From an uncultured Leucobacter sp. (GTDB lineage: Bacteria > Actinomycetota > Actinomycetes > Actinomycetales > Microbacteriaceae), in assembly GCA_964433255.1 (NCBI GenBank), contig CAYSQG010000001.1, forward strand, positions 18,069 to 82,068: DNA of 64,000 nt, read 5' to 3'. A program made the translations under genes and the position numbers. Of this stretch, positions 38,683-47,759 are shown one piece after another. The number at the start of each line of letters is the position of its first letter. Position 1 is the first letter of the stretch. The notes beneath the pieces are model-generated. The model did no database searches and had not been told where the DNA came from. It was given only the letters and a program-made list of their open reading frames with translations.

Positions 38683-38784
38683 AATGACCCACACGAGTGG
38701 TGTATCACTACTCTTTCAGCGAACTCTGCACTGTGTGTAGGTATTGTTAAAAGCACGCCAGAACCTTCTTCAGAAAGAGTCGAC

Positions 38785-41772
38785 GTGACCAACGCCACCA
38801 ACGCAGCTGAGCCAAAAACACCGCGCAAGATATCGCCACTCGCGATCACCATAGTGCTCGTCGTCATTTTGATTCTGGGGTTCCTCGCCGCAGCATCGGT
38901 GCTGACTGATGTGTTCTGGTTCGACCAACTTGGGTACCTGAATGTATTGATTACTCAATGGATCGCGGGCGGGGTCATGTTCCTCATTGGGTTTTTCGCG
39001 ATGGCGGTGCCGGTCTTTTTCGCCATCGACATTGCCTATCGCACCCGCCCGGTGTACGCCAGACTCACCGCTCAACTCGACCGATATCAAGAGATGGTCG
39101 AACCCCTGCGCAAGCTCATCAAGTGGTTACTCCCGGTGGTGTTTGGTGTCTTCGGCGGCATGACGGCATCCTTGAACTGGCAGCTTGCGATGCTCTGGCT
39201 CAACTCTTCACCGGTTGGCCAAGTTGATCCGGAGTTCGGTCTTGACGCTTCGTTTTATCTGTTCACGCTGCCATTCCTGCGTGCGGTGCTTGCCTACGCT
39301 TCTGCAGTGGTGCTCCTCAGTTTGATTCTCGGGGTTGCGACGAGTTACCTCTACGGCGGAATCTCAGTTGCAGGTCGTGACATTCGCATCTCAAAGTCAA
39401 CTCGCATACAAGCTGCGGTGTTGGCATTCGTCTACTTGGTGTTGCAGGGCCTGAGTCTCTGGCTCGATAGGTATGCCGAACTCACGAATTCAGGCGGGCT
39501 GTTCACTGGTGCAACATACACGAGCGCAAACGCTGTCATCCCGGGCAAACAAATCCTTGCCGGAGTGGCGGTGTTGGTCGCAGTGTTGTTCCTTATCACT
39601 GCATTCACCGGCAAGTGGCGACTGCCCGTCATTGGCACCGGTCTGCTGCTGGTTTCTGCCCTGGTGTTGGGCGTCGGTTACCCCTGGGTGGTGCAAGACT
39701 TTCGGGTGCAACCAGACGAAAAGAACCTCGAAAGCGAATACCTCGCTCGCAATATTGAGGCAACGAGATTCGCCTACGGCATCGACGAGGTGGAGGTTGA
39801 ACGCTACGCGGCTGTGACTGAGGCTGAGCCCGGCCAGCTTCGTAACGACGCAGAGACCACCACCAACATTCGCATCATCGACCCCGAGGTGGTCTCGCCG
39901 ACCTTCGCCCAGCTGGAGCAAAGTCGCCAGTACTACCAGTTCCCGCAAACTTTGAGCGTAGATCGCTACGAACTTGATGGAAAGGTTGAAGACACGGTTT
40001 CGGCGATCCGCGAGATCGACATATCGCAGCAAACCAGTTGGTACAACCGCACCCTTGTCTACACCCACGGCTATGGTCTCGTTGCCGCATATGGCAACCA
40101 GCGATCAGTCAGCGGTGAACCCGTCTTCATGGAAAATGGCATCCCCACCAGAGGTCGCCTCGGCGAGTTTGAACCGCGCGTGTACTTCAGTCCCAACTCT
40201 CCCGAATATTCAATAGTCGGCGGTCAACGCGAACGCAGCATCGAGCTTGACTACCCCGAAACCGATGAACAGTCTGACGCCGCCGCCGAGGCCGCCGCCA
40301 CAGAGGCTGCGGCTGAGGAATCCGTGACCGAGGGCTCCGTGGCCGATACTGCAGAGTCTGAAGCAACCGAACAGGGGCGCCAAAACCTCTACACGTTCTC
40401 TGGCGACGGCGGGCCGGTGCTGAGCAATGCGTTCATGAAAGTGCTGTTTGCGCTGAAATTTCAATCCATGGAAATCTTGCTTTCCGAAGCGGTGGTCAAC
40501 GACTCGCAGGTGCTGTTTGACCGTGACCCGGTCGAGCGTGTGCAAAAAGTGGCCCCCTATTTGACCCTTGATTCTGCTCCATACGCCTCTGTGGTTGACG
40601 GTGAGATTGTGTGGATCATCGATGGATACACGACCTCCAGCCAATATCCATATTCAGAACGTCGTGATTACAACGCGCTGGTAGTTGACGCCGATAACCC
40701 AAGAACTGACCCATTGGCAGATCCGGTGAATTACATTCGCAACTCAGTGAAAGCAACCGTCAATGCCTACGACGGCAGCGTGACACTCTATGCGTGGGAT
40801 GCCGAAGACCCTCTGCTCAACGCTTGGTCTCAAGTGTTTCCTGGCACGTTGAAGCCCATCGAAGAGATGAGTGGAGAATTACTGAGTCACGTGCGCTATC
40901 CGTCTGACATGTTCAAGGTGCAGCGTGAAATGCTCTCTACCTACCATGTGCAAGACGCTGGCGCGTTCTACTCAAACGAAGATGCGTGGCGAACCCCTGA
41001 AGACCCGGTGTCGACCGCCGTCGCTGGAACAGAAGAGGCCCTGCGCCAGCCGCCTTACTACCTCACGCTTGCGGCTGGGGCGAATGCGGATCCGAGTTTC
41101 TCGATTTATTCGACCTACATTCCAGCTGCACGAGGAGCTGATGCGCGGAATATCCTCACCGGCTATCTGGCAGCGAACGCAAACGCCGGTAGTACCGATG
41201 GCAAGGTGTCTGAAGACTATGGCACGCTGAAACTGCTGACCCTGCCAACGGGCACGCCAGTACCTGGCCCAGGTCAGGTGCAAAACAGTTTTAGCACCGA
41301 TGCAGAAGTGTCAAGGCTGTTGAACATTTTGCGATCAGGTGGCAGCGAAGTCATCAGCGGAAACCTGCTGACGCTTCCGGTCGGAGGCGGATTACTCTAC
41401 GTGCAGCCGGTCTACGTGCAGGCATCTTCAGGCACCAGCTTTCCCATTTTGCAAAAAATACTTGTGTCATTTGGTGACGAAATTGCATTCGAAGACACAT
41501 TAGATGCTGCTCTTGATTCGCTGTTTGGCGGAAACTCCGGTGCCCCCACCGGCGACGAATCTGTGCCTGATTCGGTTGCTGATGACCCCGACATGCCCGA
41601 CCCGGGGCCAACGCCATCGAGTGCTGACTCGCTTGATCAGGCGTTGAAAGACATGCAGCAGGCGATCACCGATCGTGACGCCGCCATGCAAGCCGGCGAC
41701 TGGGCTGCCTATGGTGAGGCCGATCAGCGCTTAAAGGACGCGCTTGATCGTGCCATGCAGGCCCAGCAGTAA
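38785..41772 (+). CDS. UPF0182 membrane protein
   Basis: About 7 N-terminal TMs, DPEFGLDASFY, YTHGYG, WIIDGYTTS, NYIRNSVKATV, GNLLTLP. Confidence 0.93.
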   Translation: MTNATNAAEPKTPRKISPLAITIVLVVILILGFLAAASVLTDVFWFDQLGYLNVLITQWIAGGVMFLIGFFAMAVPVFFAIDIAYRTRPVYARLTAQLDRYQEMVEPLRKLIKWLLPVVFGVFGGMTASLNWQLAMLWLNSSPVGQVDPEFGLDASFYLFTLPFLRAVLAYASAVVLLSLILGVATSYLYGGISVAGRDIRISKSTRIQAAVLAFVYLVLQGLSLWLDRYAELTNSGGLFTGATYTSANAVIPGKQILAGVAVLVAVLFLITAFTGKWRLPVIGTGLLLVSALVLGVGYPWVVQDFRVQPDEKNLESEYLARNIEATRFAYGIDEVEVERYAAVTEAEPGQLRNDAETTTNIRIIDPEVVSPTFAQLEQSRQYYQFPQTLSVDRYELDGKVEDTVSAIREIDISQQTSWYNRTLVYTHGYGLVAAYGNQRSVSGEPVFMENGIPTRGRLGEFEPRVYFSPNSPEYSIVGGQRERSIELDYPETDEQSDAAAEAAATEAAAEESVTEGSVADTAESEATEQGRQNLYTFSGDGGPVLSNAFMKVLFALKFQSMEILLSEAVVNDSQVLFDRDPVERVQKVAPYLTLDSAPYASVVDGEIVWIIDGYTTSSQYPYSERRDYNALVVDADNPRTDPLADPVNYIRNSVKATVNAYDGSVTLYAWDAEDPLLNAWSQVFPGTLKPIEEMSGELLSHVRYPSDMFKVQREMLSTYHVQDAGAFYSNEDAWRTPEDPVSTAVAGTEEALRQPPYYLTLAAGANADPSFSIYSTYIPAARGADARNILTGYLAANANAGSTDGKVSEDYGTLKLLTLPTGTPVPGPGQVQNSFSTDAEVSRLLNILRSGGSEVISGNLLTLPVGGGLLYVQPVYVQASSGTSFPILQKILVSFGDEIAFEDTLDAALDSLFGGNSGAPTGDESVPDSVADDPDMPDPGPTPSSADSLDQALKDMQQAITDRDAAMQAGDWAAYGEADQRLKDALDRAMQAQQ

Positions 41773-41832
41773 CTCAGCGAGCTCGGCCGTTTTGCCGCGT
41801 TTCCAGTCGCGTGCTAAGCTCAATGCTTGTGC

Positions 41833-41906
41833 CGCGGGGTGGAGCAGTTCGGTAGCTCGCCGGGCTCATAACCCGGAGGTCGTAGGTTCAAATCCTGCCC
41901 CCGCAA
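41833..41906 (+). tRNA. Initiator tRNA-Met (CAT), CCA not encoded
   Basis: C1:A72 mismatch, CCGGG-CTCATAA-CCCGG anticodon arm with three G-C pairs, GTAGG-TTCAAAT-CCTGC. Confidence 0.96.
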
Positions 41907-41911
41907 CGAAA

Positions 41912-41937
41912 GAAGGGCGCTCTGCGGAGCGCCCTTC
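41912..41937 (+). terminator. Hairpin after tRNA-fMet
   Basis: GAAGGGCGCTC-TGCG-GAGCGCCCTTC followed by T-rich tract. Confidence 0.8.
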
Positions 41938-41986
41938 GCCATTTCTTTCTGGTGCTGTCACGCTTGGCGAAACAATGGTGCAACAA

Positions 41987-42514
41987 CTAATTGCTTCGAA
42001 ACTGCTCCGGCAATGCGGTTGAGCGGCCCCAACCGGCGTTTTGAGTTGCTTTTCCCACTAGCGGTGCAACTCGGTAATGCAGGGGAGTGGTAAGCGCCAG
42101 GGTGGTGTTTGAGTGACTGACACCGGGCAATGCCACTATGCGCTGAATCAGCTCCTGCAGATCGGCGTGTGACAGCGCCCCGATTCTCACCAACAGGTCT
42201 TCGCGGCCAGTTGTGGTGTGTATCTCGAGCACCTCAGGTATGGCGGTGAGCCACTCGACAATGCGATCGAGTTGGCCCTGATCGAGTGCGAGTGCGGCAA
42301 AAGCCTCAACGTTCACACCCGCTTCGGCAAGGTCGATGCGCGCAGAAAACCCTGAGAGCACTCGTGACTCGCCGAGCCTTCGCAATCGAGCCTGCACCGT
42401 GTTGCGAGTGACCCCCAATTTGGTTGCCAACTCGCCGATGCTTTGGCGGGCGTCGTGTTCGAGCAGCGAGATCAACTCGCTATCGAGCTGGTCAATGTTA
42501 AGCATCTTGCTCAT
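41987..42514 (-). CDS. Lrp/AsnC family transcriptional regulator
   Basis: IDQLDSELISLLEHDARQSIGELATKLGVTRNTVQARLRRL HTH; PEVLEIHTTTGREDL RAM domain. Confidence 0.92.
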   Translation of the reverse strand: MSKMLNIDQLDSELISLLEHDARQSIGELATKLGVTRNTVQARLRRLGESRVLSGFSARIDLAEAGVNVEAFAALALDQGQLDRIVEWLTAIPEVLEIHTTTGREDLLVRIGALSHADLQELIQRIVALPGVSHSNTTLALTTPLHYRVAPLVGKATQNAGWGRSTALPEQFRSN

Positions 42515-42655
42515 TTCATACCCCACTTTTCGGTTGTTTCTGTGCAAAATGATTAACCTGCACCCTATCAGTTGATAGATCAGGCACTCTAGTGGCATTC
42601 TAATGAACAATTTATTGAGCATGGGTGCCAATAGACCTACCAAAGGCGGTGGAAC

Positions 42656-45600
42656 TTGCAAGATCTCAATGCAACTCTCAACCCAGTTGACGCTCGATAT
42701 CTCGACGAAACTTGTCGTGTGCTCATGACCGGGGTGCAGGCACTCGCTAGGTTGCCGCTTGATCAGGCCAGAATTGATCGGACAGCCGGACGCAATGTTG
42801 AATCGTTCATTAGTGGCTACGAGGGATCGCCCCTGGCTGGCTACGACCTTGAGCTGGCCCGTCAAACTGAGCTTCTTGACGAGCATCACATTCATTTCGA
42901 GCCGGGCCTGAACGAGGAAGCTGCGGCGATGGCGGTGCAAGGATCCCAGCTCATTGACGCGCTGACCCCACGCGTAGACGGAGTAGTTGGGTATTGGTAC
43001 GGAAAAGCACCGGGTCTTGACCGTGCCACAGACGCTTTGCGCCACGCTAACCTCATGGGAGCTCACCCCAAAGGTGGTGCGGTTGCTTTCGTAGGCGATG
43101 ATCCTGGTGCGAAATCTTCAAGCCTTCCCTGCTCGTCAGAGCGTGCGTTAGCTGACATGATGATGCCGGTGTTTTACCCCTGTGATGCGGCCGACATTCT
43201 TGAACTTGGTCGCCATGCGGTCGCACTCTCGAGAGCAAGTGGTCTCTGGTCGGCCATGAAAGTGGTCACCTCGGTTGCCGATGGTGTTGCTACGGTCGAT
43301 CTCAAAGCTGGTGATGGGTTCGAGCCGTTGTTGCCCCAGGGCTCATCGCTGCATGAACCAAACGGGAAGTTGTTGCAACCAACGCTTGGCTTTCTGGAGC
43401 GGGACCAAGTTTCTACCAGAATGCGCATTGTGCGTGACTATCTTGGGCTGAACGAGGTCAACAAGGTCATCGCCCGTGCCGACACCGACACGGTCGGAAT
43501 TATCACTGCGGGCACCTCGTTTCTTGAGGTCATGCATTCGTTGAAGGCACTCGGGTTTGATGACAATGCGAGCACTATTCGACTGTTGAAGTTGGGGGTC
43601 ATTTGGCCGTTGAACCCGCAGCAGATTATCGACTTTGCTGAGGGTCTTGAGACGATCATTGTGGTCGAAGAAAAAGCCTCTTTTATTGAGGCGCAGGTGC
43701 GCGATCTGCTCTACAACGCAACGCATCGCCCCGTGGTGATTGGCAAAAAAGACCTGAACGGAACAGATTTGTTCCCTGCCTATGGTGAGCTTGGCACCGA
43801 TTTCGTCGCAAAGGCTCTCGCGAGTCAGCTGGTCACGCTGCCTGATGCTCCTGGTGTTGAGCGGTGGCTCAAAAAAGAACTCGAAAAACCTGCGCACCGC
43901 ATCAATCTCCCTCTTGCGCAGCGGACCCCGTATTTTTGCTCAGGCTGCCCACACAACAGCTCAACGAAACCGCAAACTGACTCAGCGGTTGGGGCCGGCA
44001 TCGGGTGCCATGTCATGGTGCTGCTCATGGATCCCAAGCAGGTGGGCAATGTGGTTGGGCTCACTCAGATGGGCGGTGAGGGCACCCAGTGGATCGGCAT
44101 GGCCCCATTTGTGCGCGACACCCATTTTGTGCAAAACCTTGGCGATGGAACCTTTCACCACTCGGGCAGCCTCGCCATCAGGGCTTCTATTGCAGCCCGA
44201 ACCAATATCACCTACCGCATTTTGTACAACTCAACCGTTGCGATGACCGGCGGTCAAGATGCGGTTGGAAAAATGGATGTGCCTGCCCTGGTTCGTGAAC
44301 TGCTTGCCGAGGGCGTCTCCAAAATTATTGTCACCAGTGATGACCCGAAGGCGCTACGCAGAAAACGCCTGCCGGAAGAGGTCGAGGTGTGGCACCGGGA
44401 ACGTCTTGATGAGGCTCAGCAGATGCTGGCACAGACTCAGGGAACCACAGTGCTGATTCACGAGCAAGAGTGCGCGACCGAACTGCGTCGCAAGCGCAAA
44501 CGAGGTCTTGCCCCGAAGCCCGAAGAATTTGTCATGATCAACGAACGCATTTGTGAAGGTTGCGGTGACTGTGGAGTGAAATCAAATTGTCTGTCAGTGC
44601 AACCGGTTGACACCGAGTTTGGTCGAAAGACTCGGATTCACCAGAGTTCGTGCAACCTCGACAGAAGCTGCCTGAACGGCAATTGCCCGGCGTTCATGAC
44701 CGTGAAACCTGGCCACCACAAGGCCACCCGTGCGAGCATCTCGAGTTTGTCAGAAGATGATCTGCCCGCCCCTCAATATGCAGACCTGCGACCACACCAG
44801 GTGCGCTTGATGGGCATCGGCGGAACCGGCATCGTGACCACCTCTCAGGTGCTCGCCACAGCTGCAGTCATCTCGGGGCGATATGTGCGCACGCTTGATC
44901 GCACTGGGATCGCCCAGAAGGGCGGTGCCGTCGTGTCAGATGTCACTATTGCCAGCGAACCCATTCTGACCGCCAACACCATCAGCAACGACAACTGTGA
45001 CCTCTACATCGGCTATGACCTGTTAGTGGCGGCTGATCCGAAGAACACGATGTCCCTCGCCCCAGACGCCACCGCGCTGATCTCGACCTCGGTGGTGCCC
45101 ACCGGCACGATGGTGAGTGACCCAGACGTTACCTACCCCAGCATTCCCGATGCGATCGAGGTCATTTCGAGTGCTATGCGTTCGGGGTCGTTGACCCAAT
45201 TTGACCTGCGGCACTATGTCGAAGCCCTCTTCGGTTCGGAACAGATGGGCAATATGTTCATGCTCGGCATCGCGGTGCAGCAAGGATCATTGTCGGTCTC
45301 GCCTGCTGCCATTGAGCAGGCAATCAATTTGAACGGCGTTTCGGTCGAGATGAACATTCAGGCCTTTCGACGCGGTCGTCAATTTGTCGCTGATCGAAGC
45401 GGTCTTGAGCAGCTCATCGCACAGCTCACCGCTGACACTCACTCCGCTGCACCGACACCCAGCAGCGTGGTGCAGGCCCAGCCCGGGTCTGAGCTTGAAC
45501 GACTGGTCGCGATTCGCCGAAATGAACTCGAGCTGTACCAAAACGAGGCCTACGCGAGAAGGTACGAAGAGTTTGTGGAACAGGTTCGCCTCGCTGAGGC

Positions 45601-46114
45601 GCAGGCCGGACTCGAGGGGTCAGGTTTGAGTGAGGCAGTAGCCCATAATTTGCACAAACTCATGGCCTACAAAGACGAATACGAGGTGGCTCGCTTAGCA
45701 CTTGACGAACAGGTGAACGAAGAGGTCGCTCGGCAATTTGGTGAAGATGCTCAGGTTGCGTGGCGCTTGCACCCACCCGCGTTGAAAGCGCTCGGGCTCA
45801 AGCGAAAGATCGCGCTCGGGCCATGGTTTAAGCCAGCGTTTGTGGTGCTGAAATCAATGCGGGGCCTGCGTGGCACCGTCTTCGACGTCTTCGGGTTCGA
45901 TGCTGTGCGCAAGCTTGAGCGAGAACTGATCGCTGAATACGAACGCACGCTGCGCGCACTGGTGCAGCAACTCTCTCCCGCGACGATTGAGGTGGCTGTG
46001 CAAATTGCCCAGTTGCCCGATCTCGTGCGCGGTTACGACGAGGTGAAATTGCGAAACGTTGATCGGTATCGGGAGAAGCTTGCTGAACTCACGAAGCTGG
46101 TGCAGATGCCCTAG
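42656..46114 (+). CDS. Fused indolepyruvate:ferredoxin oxidoreductase family protein
   Basis: SGYEGSPL, NEEAA, WYGKAPG, FCSGCPHN, GDGTFHHSG (TPP), AMTGGQ, CEGCGDC..SNC, GIGGTG, AQKGGAV, KDEYEVARL. Confidence 0.92.
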   Translation: MQDLNATLNPVDARYLDETCRVLMTGVQALARLPLDQARIDRTAGRNVESFISGYEGSPLAGYDLELARQTELLDEHHIHFEPGLNEEAAAMAVQGSQLIDALTPRVDGVVGYWYGKAPGLDRATDALRHANLMGAHPKGGAVAFVGDDPGAKSSSLPCSSERALADMMMPVFYPCDAADILELGRHAVALSRASGLWSAMKVVTSVADGVATVDLKAGDGFEPLLPQGSSLHEPNGKLLQPTLGFLERDQVSTRMRIVRDYLGLNEVNKVIARADTDTVGIITAGTSFLEVMHSLKALGFDDNASTIRLLKLGVIWPLNPQQIIDFAEGLETIIVVEEKASFIEAQVRDLLYNATHRPVVIGKKDLNGTDLFPAYGELGTDFVAKALASQLVTLPDAPGVERWLKKELEKPAHRINLPLAQRTPYFCSGCPHNSSTKPQTDSAVGAGIGCHVMVLLMDPKQVGNVVGLTQMGGEGTQWIGMAPFVRDTHFVQNLGDGTFHHSGSLAIRASIAARTNITYRILYNSTVAMTGGQDAVGKMDVPALVRELLAEGVSKIIVTSDDPKALRRKRLPEEVEVWHRERLDEAQQMLAQTQGTTVLIHEQECATELRRKRKRGLAPKPEEFVMINERICEGCGDCGVKSNCLSVQPVDTEFGRKTRIHQSSCNLDRSCLNGNCPAFMTVKPGHHKATRASISSLSEDDLPAPQYADLRPHQVRLMGIGGTGIVTTSQVLATAAVISGRYVRTLDRTGIAQKGGAVVSDVTIASEPILTANTISNDNCDLYIGYDLLVAADPKNTMSLAPDATALISTSVVPTGTMVSDPDVTYPSIPDAIEVISSAMRSGSLTQFDLRHYVEALFGSEQMGNMFMLGIAVQQGSLSVSPAAIEQAINLNGVSVEMNIQAFRRGRQFVADRSGLEQLIAQLTADTHSAAPTPSSVVQAQPGSELERLVAIRRNELELYQNEAYARRYEEFVEQVRLAEAQAGLEGSGLSEAVAHNLHKLMAYKDEYEVARLALDEQVNEEVARQFGEDAQVAWRLHPPALKALGLKRKIALGPWFKPAFVVLKSMRGLRGTVFDVFGFDAVRKLERELIAEYERTLRALVQQLSPATIEVAVQIAQLPDLVRGYDEVKLRNVDRYREKLAELTKLVQMP

Positions 46115-46205
46115 TCTGTTTCTCGGGTCTCATGGCTTTTTCAGCCCGCACTTATGAAATTCATAGACTTCGTGTGCACGATGAGATTGCGAGAAAGGCA
46201 TCAGC

Positions 46206-47675
46206 GTGACACACGACACAGATTCAGACCATCCACAACAGCCTGAGGGCACTCCCGAGGCACAAGCCCCTGAGCAGGCGCAGCATCCTGCTCCTGCAGT
46301 TGCCCCTGTGTATGCCCCGCATCCAAGCCATATGCAACCAGCGGCAGATCCCTTCGCTGCACAGGAAGCACAGGCAGCACCGGCATTCACGCAAGTCCCT
46401 CAACCCGAACCTGGTGCCTACCAAACCTTTCCAGCTCCCGCAGCACCGAAACCCCGTTCCAGGGCGGGTGCATGGGTTGCAGGCATCGCCATTGGGGCGT
46501 TACTTGGCGGCGTTGTCGGTGGCGGGGTTGCCGCTGTGGTGGTTGCGAATCAGCCGAACCTCAGCTTCGAAGGACCGCAGGCAAGTGGCACCCTCACGCT
46601 CGATAACCTCGACAATGCGACCAATGTTTCAGCGGTTGCTGCTGTCGCATCCCCGGCGGTGGTCACACTAGAAGTGTCTGGCAATACTGCCGCGGGCAGC
46701 GGGTCAGGGGTGATTTACAGCAAAGATGGCTACATCGTCACCAACGCACACGTGGTCACGCTCGATGGAGCCGCCGGAGACGATCCGACGGTCAAAGTGT
46801 GGCTCACTGACGGCCGCATTCTTGACGGCACGGTGGTGGGCGTCGACCCGTTTGCTGACCTGGCAGTGGTGAAGGTGGAGGCAACCGGGCTACAACCCAT
46901 TGAGCTTGCCAACTCGAACAAGGTCAACGTCGGTGATCTTGCGGTGGCCATCGGTGCCCCGCTCAACCTGTCGAACACAGTCACCAGCGGTGTGGTGAGT
47001 GCCCTGAACCGCGGCATCACCGTTGGCAGTGCCATCATCCCTGACGACGCAGAAGATGACAACCAGCAGAGCCCAAACCCAGAAGAGGGTTTGCCCTGGT
47101 TCCGTTTTGGTGATCCAAACAAATCAGAACAGCAGTCCCCACGATCCCAGCAGCAACCCGGCCTCACCGTCACCCTGCCGGTCATTCAAACCGACGCCTC
47201 AATTAACCCCGGAAACTCGGGTGGCGCGCTGCTGAATTCGAACGCCGAACTCATTGGCATCAACGTCGCCATTGCGTCGAACGCGTCAGACGCGAGCTCC
47301 GCAGGTAGCGTTGGTCTCGGGTTCGCAATTCCGTCAAACCTGGTCAAGCGTGTAGCTGACGCAATCATCAGCGGTGCACAACCCTCACACGGGCTCCTCG
47401 GAGTCAACATCAGCGACTCTGGTAGCGGTGAGGGCGAAGCTCAAAACATTGCCGGTGCGCTCATCGCTGAAGTCTCTGAGGGTGGGGCCGCACAAAAAGC
47501 TGGTCTCAAAGCCGGCGACATCATTGTCGCGGTGAACGGCATCCCAACAGATTCGGGCACCACTGCTTCTGCGCTCGTGCGAATGCAAGAGGGGGGCAGT
47601 GAAGTCACCATCACCTACTACCGCAACGGTCAGAAAGGTGAGGCCAACGTCACGCTTGGAACGCTTGACTGGTAA
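46206..47675 (+). CDS. HtrA/DegP-like membrane-anchored serine protease with PDZ domain
   Basis: TNAHVV, DLAVVKV, INPGNSGGAL triad; Pro/Gln-rich N-terminus, one TM, PDZ. Confidence 0.93.
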   Translation: MTHDTDSDHPQQPEGTPEAQAPEQAQHPAPAVAPVYAPHPSHMQPAADPFAAQEAQAAPAFTQVPQPEPGAYQTFPAPAAPKPRSRAGAWVAGIAIGALLGGVVGGGVAAVVVANQPNLSFEGPQASGTLTLDNLDNATNVSAVAAVASPAVVTLEVSGNTAAGSGSGVIYSKDGYIVTNAHVVTLDGAAGDDPTVKVWLTDGRILDGTVVGVDPFADLAVVKVEATGLQPIELANSNKVNVGDLAVAIGAPLNLSNTVTSGVVSALNRGITVGSAIIPDDAEDDNQQSPNPEEGLPWFRFGDPNKSEQQSPRSQQQPGLTVTLPVIQTDASINPGNSGGALLNSNAELIGINVAIASNASDASSAGSVGLGFAIPSNLVKRVADAIISGAQPSHGLLGVNISDSGSGEGEAQNIAGALIAEVSEGGAAQKAGLKAGDIIVAVNGIPTDSGTTASALVRMQEGGSEVTITYYRNGQKGEANVTLGTLDW

Positions 47676-47700
47676 CGGTGCTGTGCGCCAACCGTGATTC

Positions 47701-47734
47701 TGCCCCGTTGCTCATGAGATTCGGCAACGGGGCA
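47701..47734 (+). terminator. Hairpin downstream of htrA
   Basis: TGCCCCGTTGC...GCAACGGGGCA. Confidence 0.6.
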
Positions 47735-47759
47735 ACTCACATGTCGTAAAGTGGCTTGA

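Noticed and set aside
40258-40374. Ala/Glu-rich GCC repeats in UPF0182 (and the Ala/Thr run in tatB)
   Set aside because: Ordinary low-complexity linkers with degenerate codons, frame preserved
42515-43066. Long N-terminal extension of the Lrp ORF (and similar extensions of mutM, the phosphotransferase and mrp)
   Set aside because: Extensions overlap real neighbouring genes; family motifs begin at the downstream starts used here
41833-46205. Lrp-IOR as a tRNA-integrated genomic island
   Set aside because: No integrase and no duplicated tRNA 3' end found after the IOR gene; the tRNA terminator is intact
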